Shown piece by piece: positions 63,901 to 64,000 of a stretch of DNA of 64,000 nt. The stretch is from Lytechinus pictus (taxonomy: Eukaryota). Within the stretch, counting starts at the first letter, position 1. Each line of letters begins with the position of its first letter. Both the position numbers and the translations under genes were made by a program. Location of the stretch: NCBI RefSeq assembly GCF_037042905.1, contig NC_087245.1:3040001-3104000 (forward strand), written 5' to 3'. A model generated the notes under the pieces. The model had not been told where the DNA came from and did not search any database. It saw only the letters and a list, made by a program, of their open reading frames with translations.

Positions 63901-64000
63901 GAGGATTTCTATTTTGAACATAAAAATTTGGATTATTTTTATTATTATCATCAATTCATATACATGTTCATTCTAGAGGTCTTGCTGTAGTGATCTCATT

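Overview
AT-rich, intron-containing animal genomic DNA; the repeat landscape resembles an invertebrate deuterostome such as a sea urchin (inference). Two host genes lie on the + strand. One is a complete 10-exon ERp44 (CDS 9999-34304, 406 aa, CRFS motif, C-terminal RDEL). The other is the first two coding exons of MGAT5/GnT-V (51837-52098, 55023-55211; the rest is not found in the window). Most of the remainder is transposon-derived: MITEs of several DNA-transposon superfamilies, tRNA-derived SINEs, a 5'-truncated CR1/L2-group LINE and Helentron-type elements. Main points of interest: (1) a 7-kb pogo-type element in ERp44 intron 2 whose decayed transposase carries an OTU-like cysteine protease domain with intact catalytic motifs between the DDE remnant and a PHD finger; (2) abundant TA-NNNN-TA palindromes that match the termini of the TA-targeting transposons in the window and occur as insertions in repeat copies, consistent with excision footprints; (3) a G-U-rich folded LINE 3'UTR; (4) a hammerhead-like motif in a small nested insert. 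All family assignments are by eye, without database searches.
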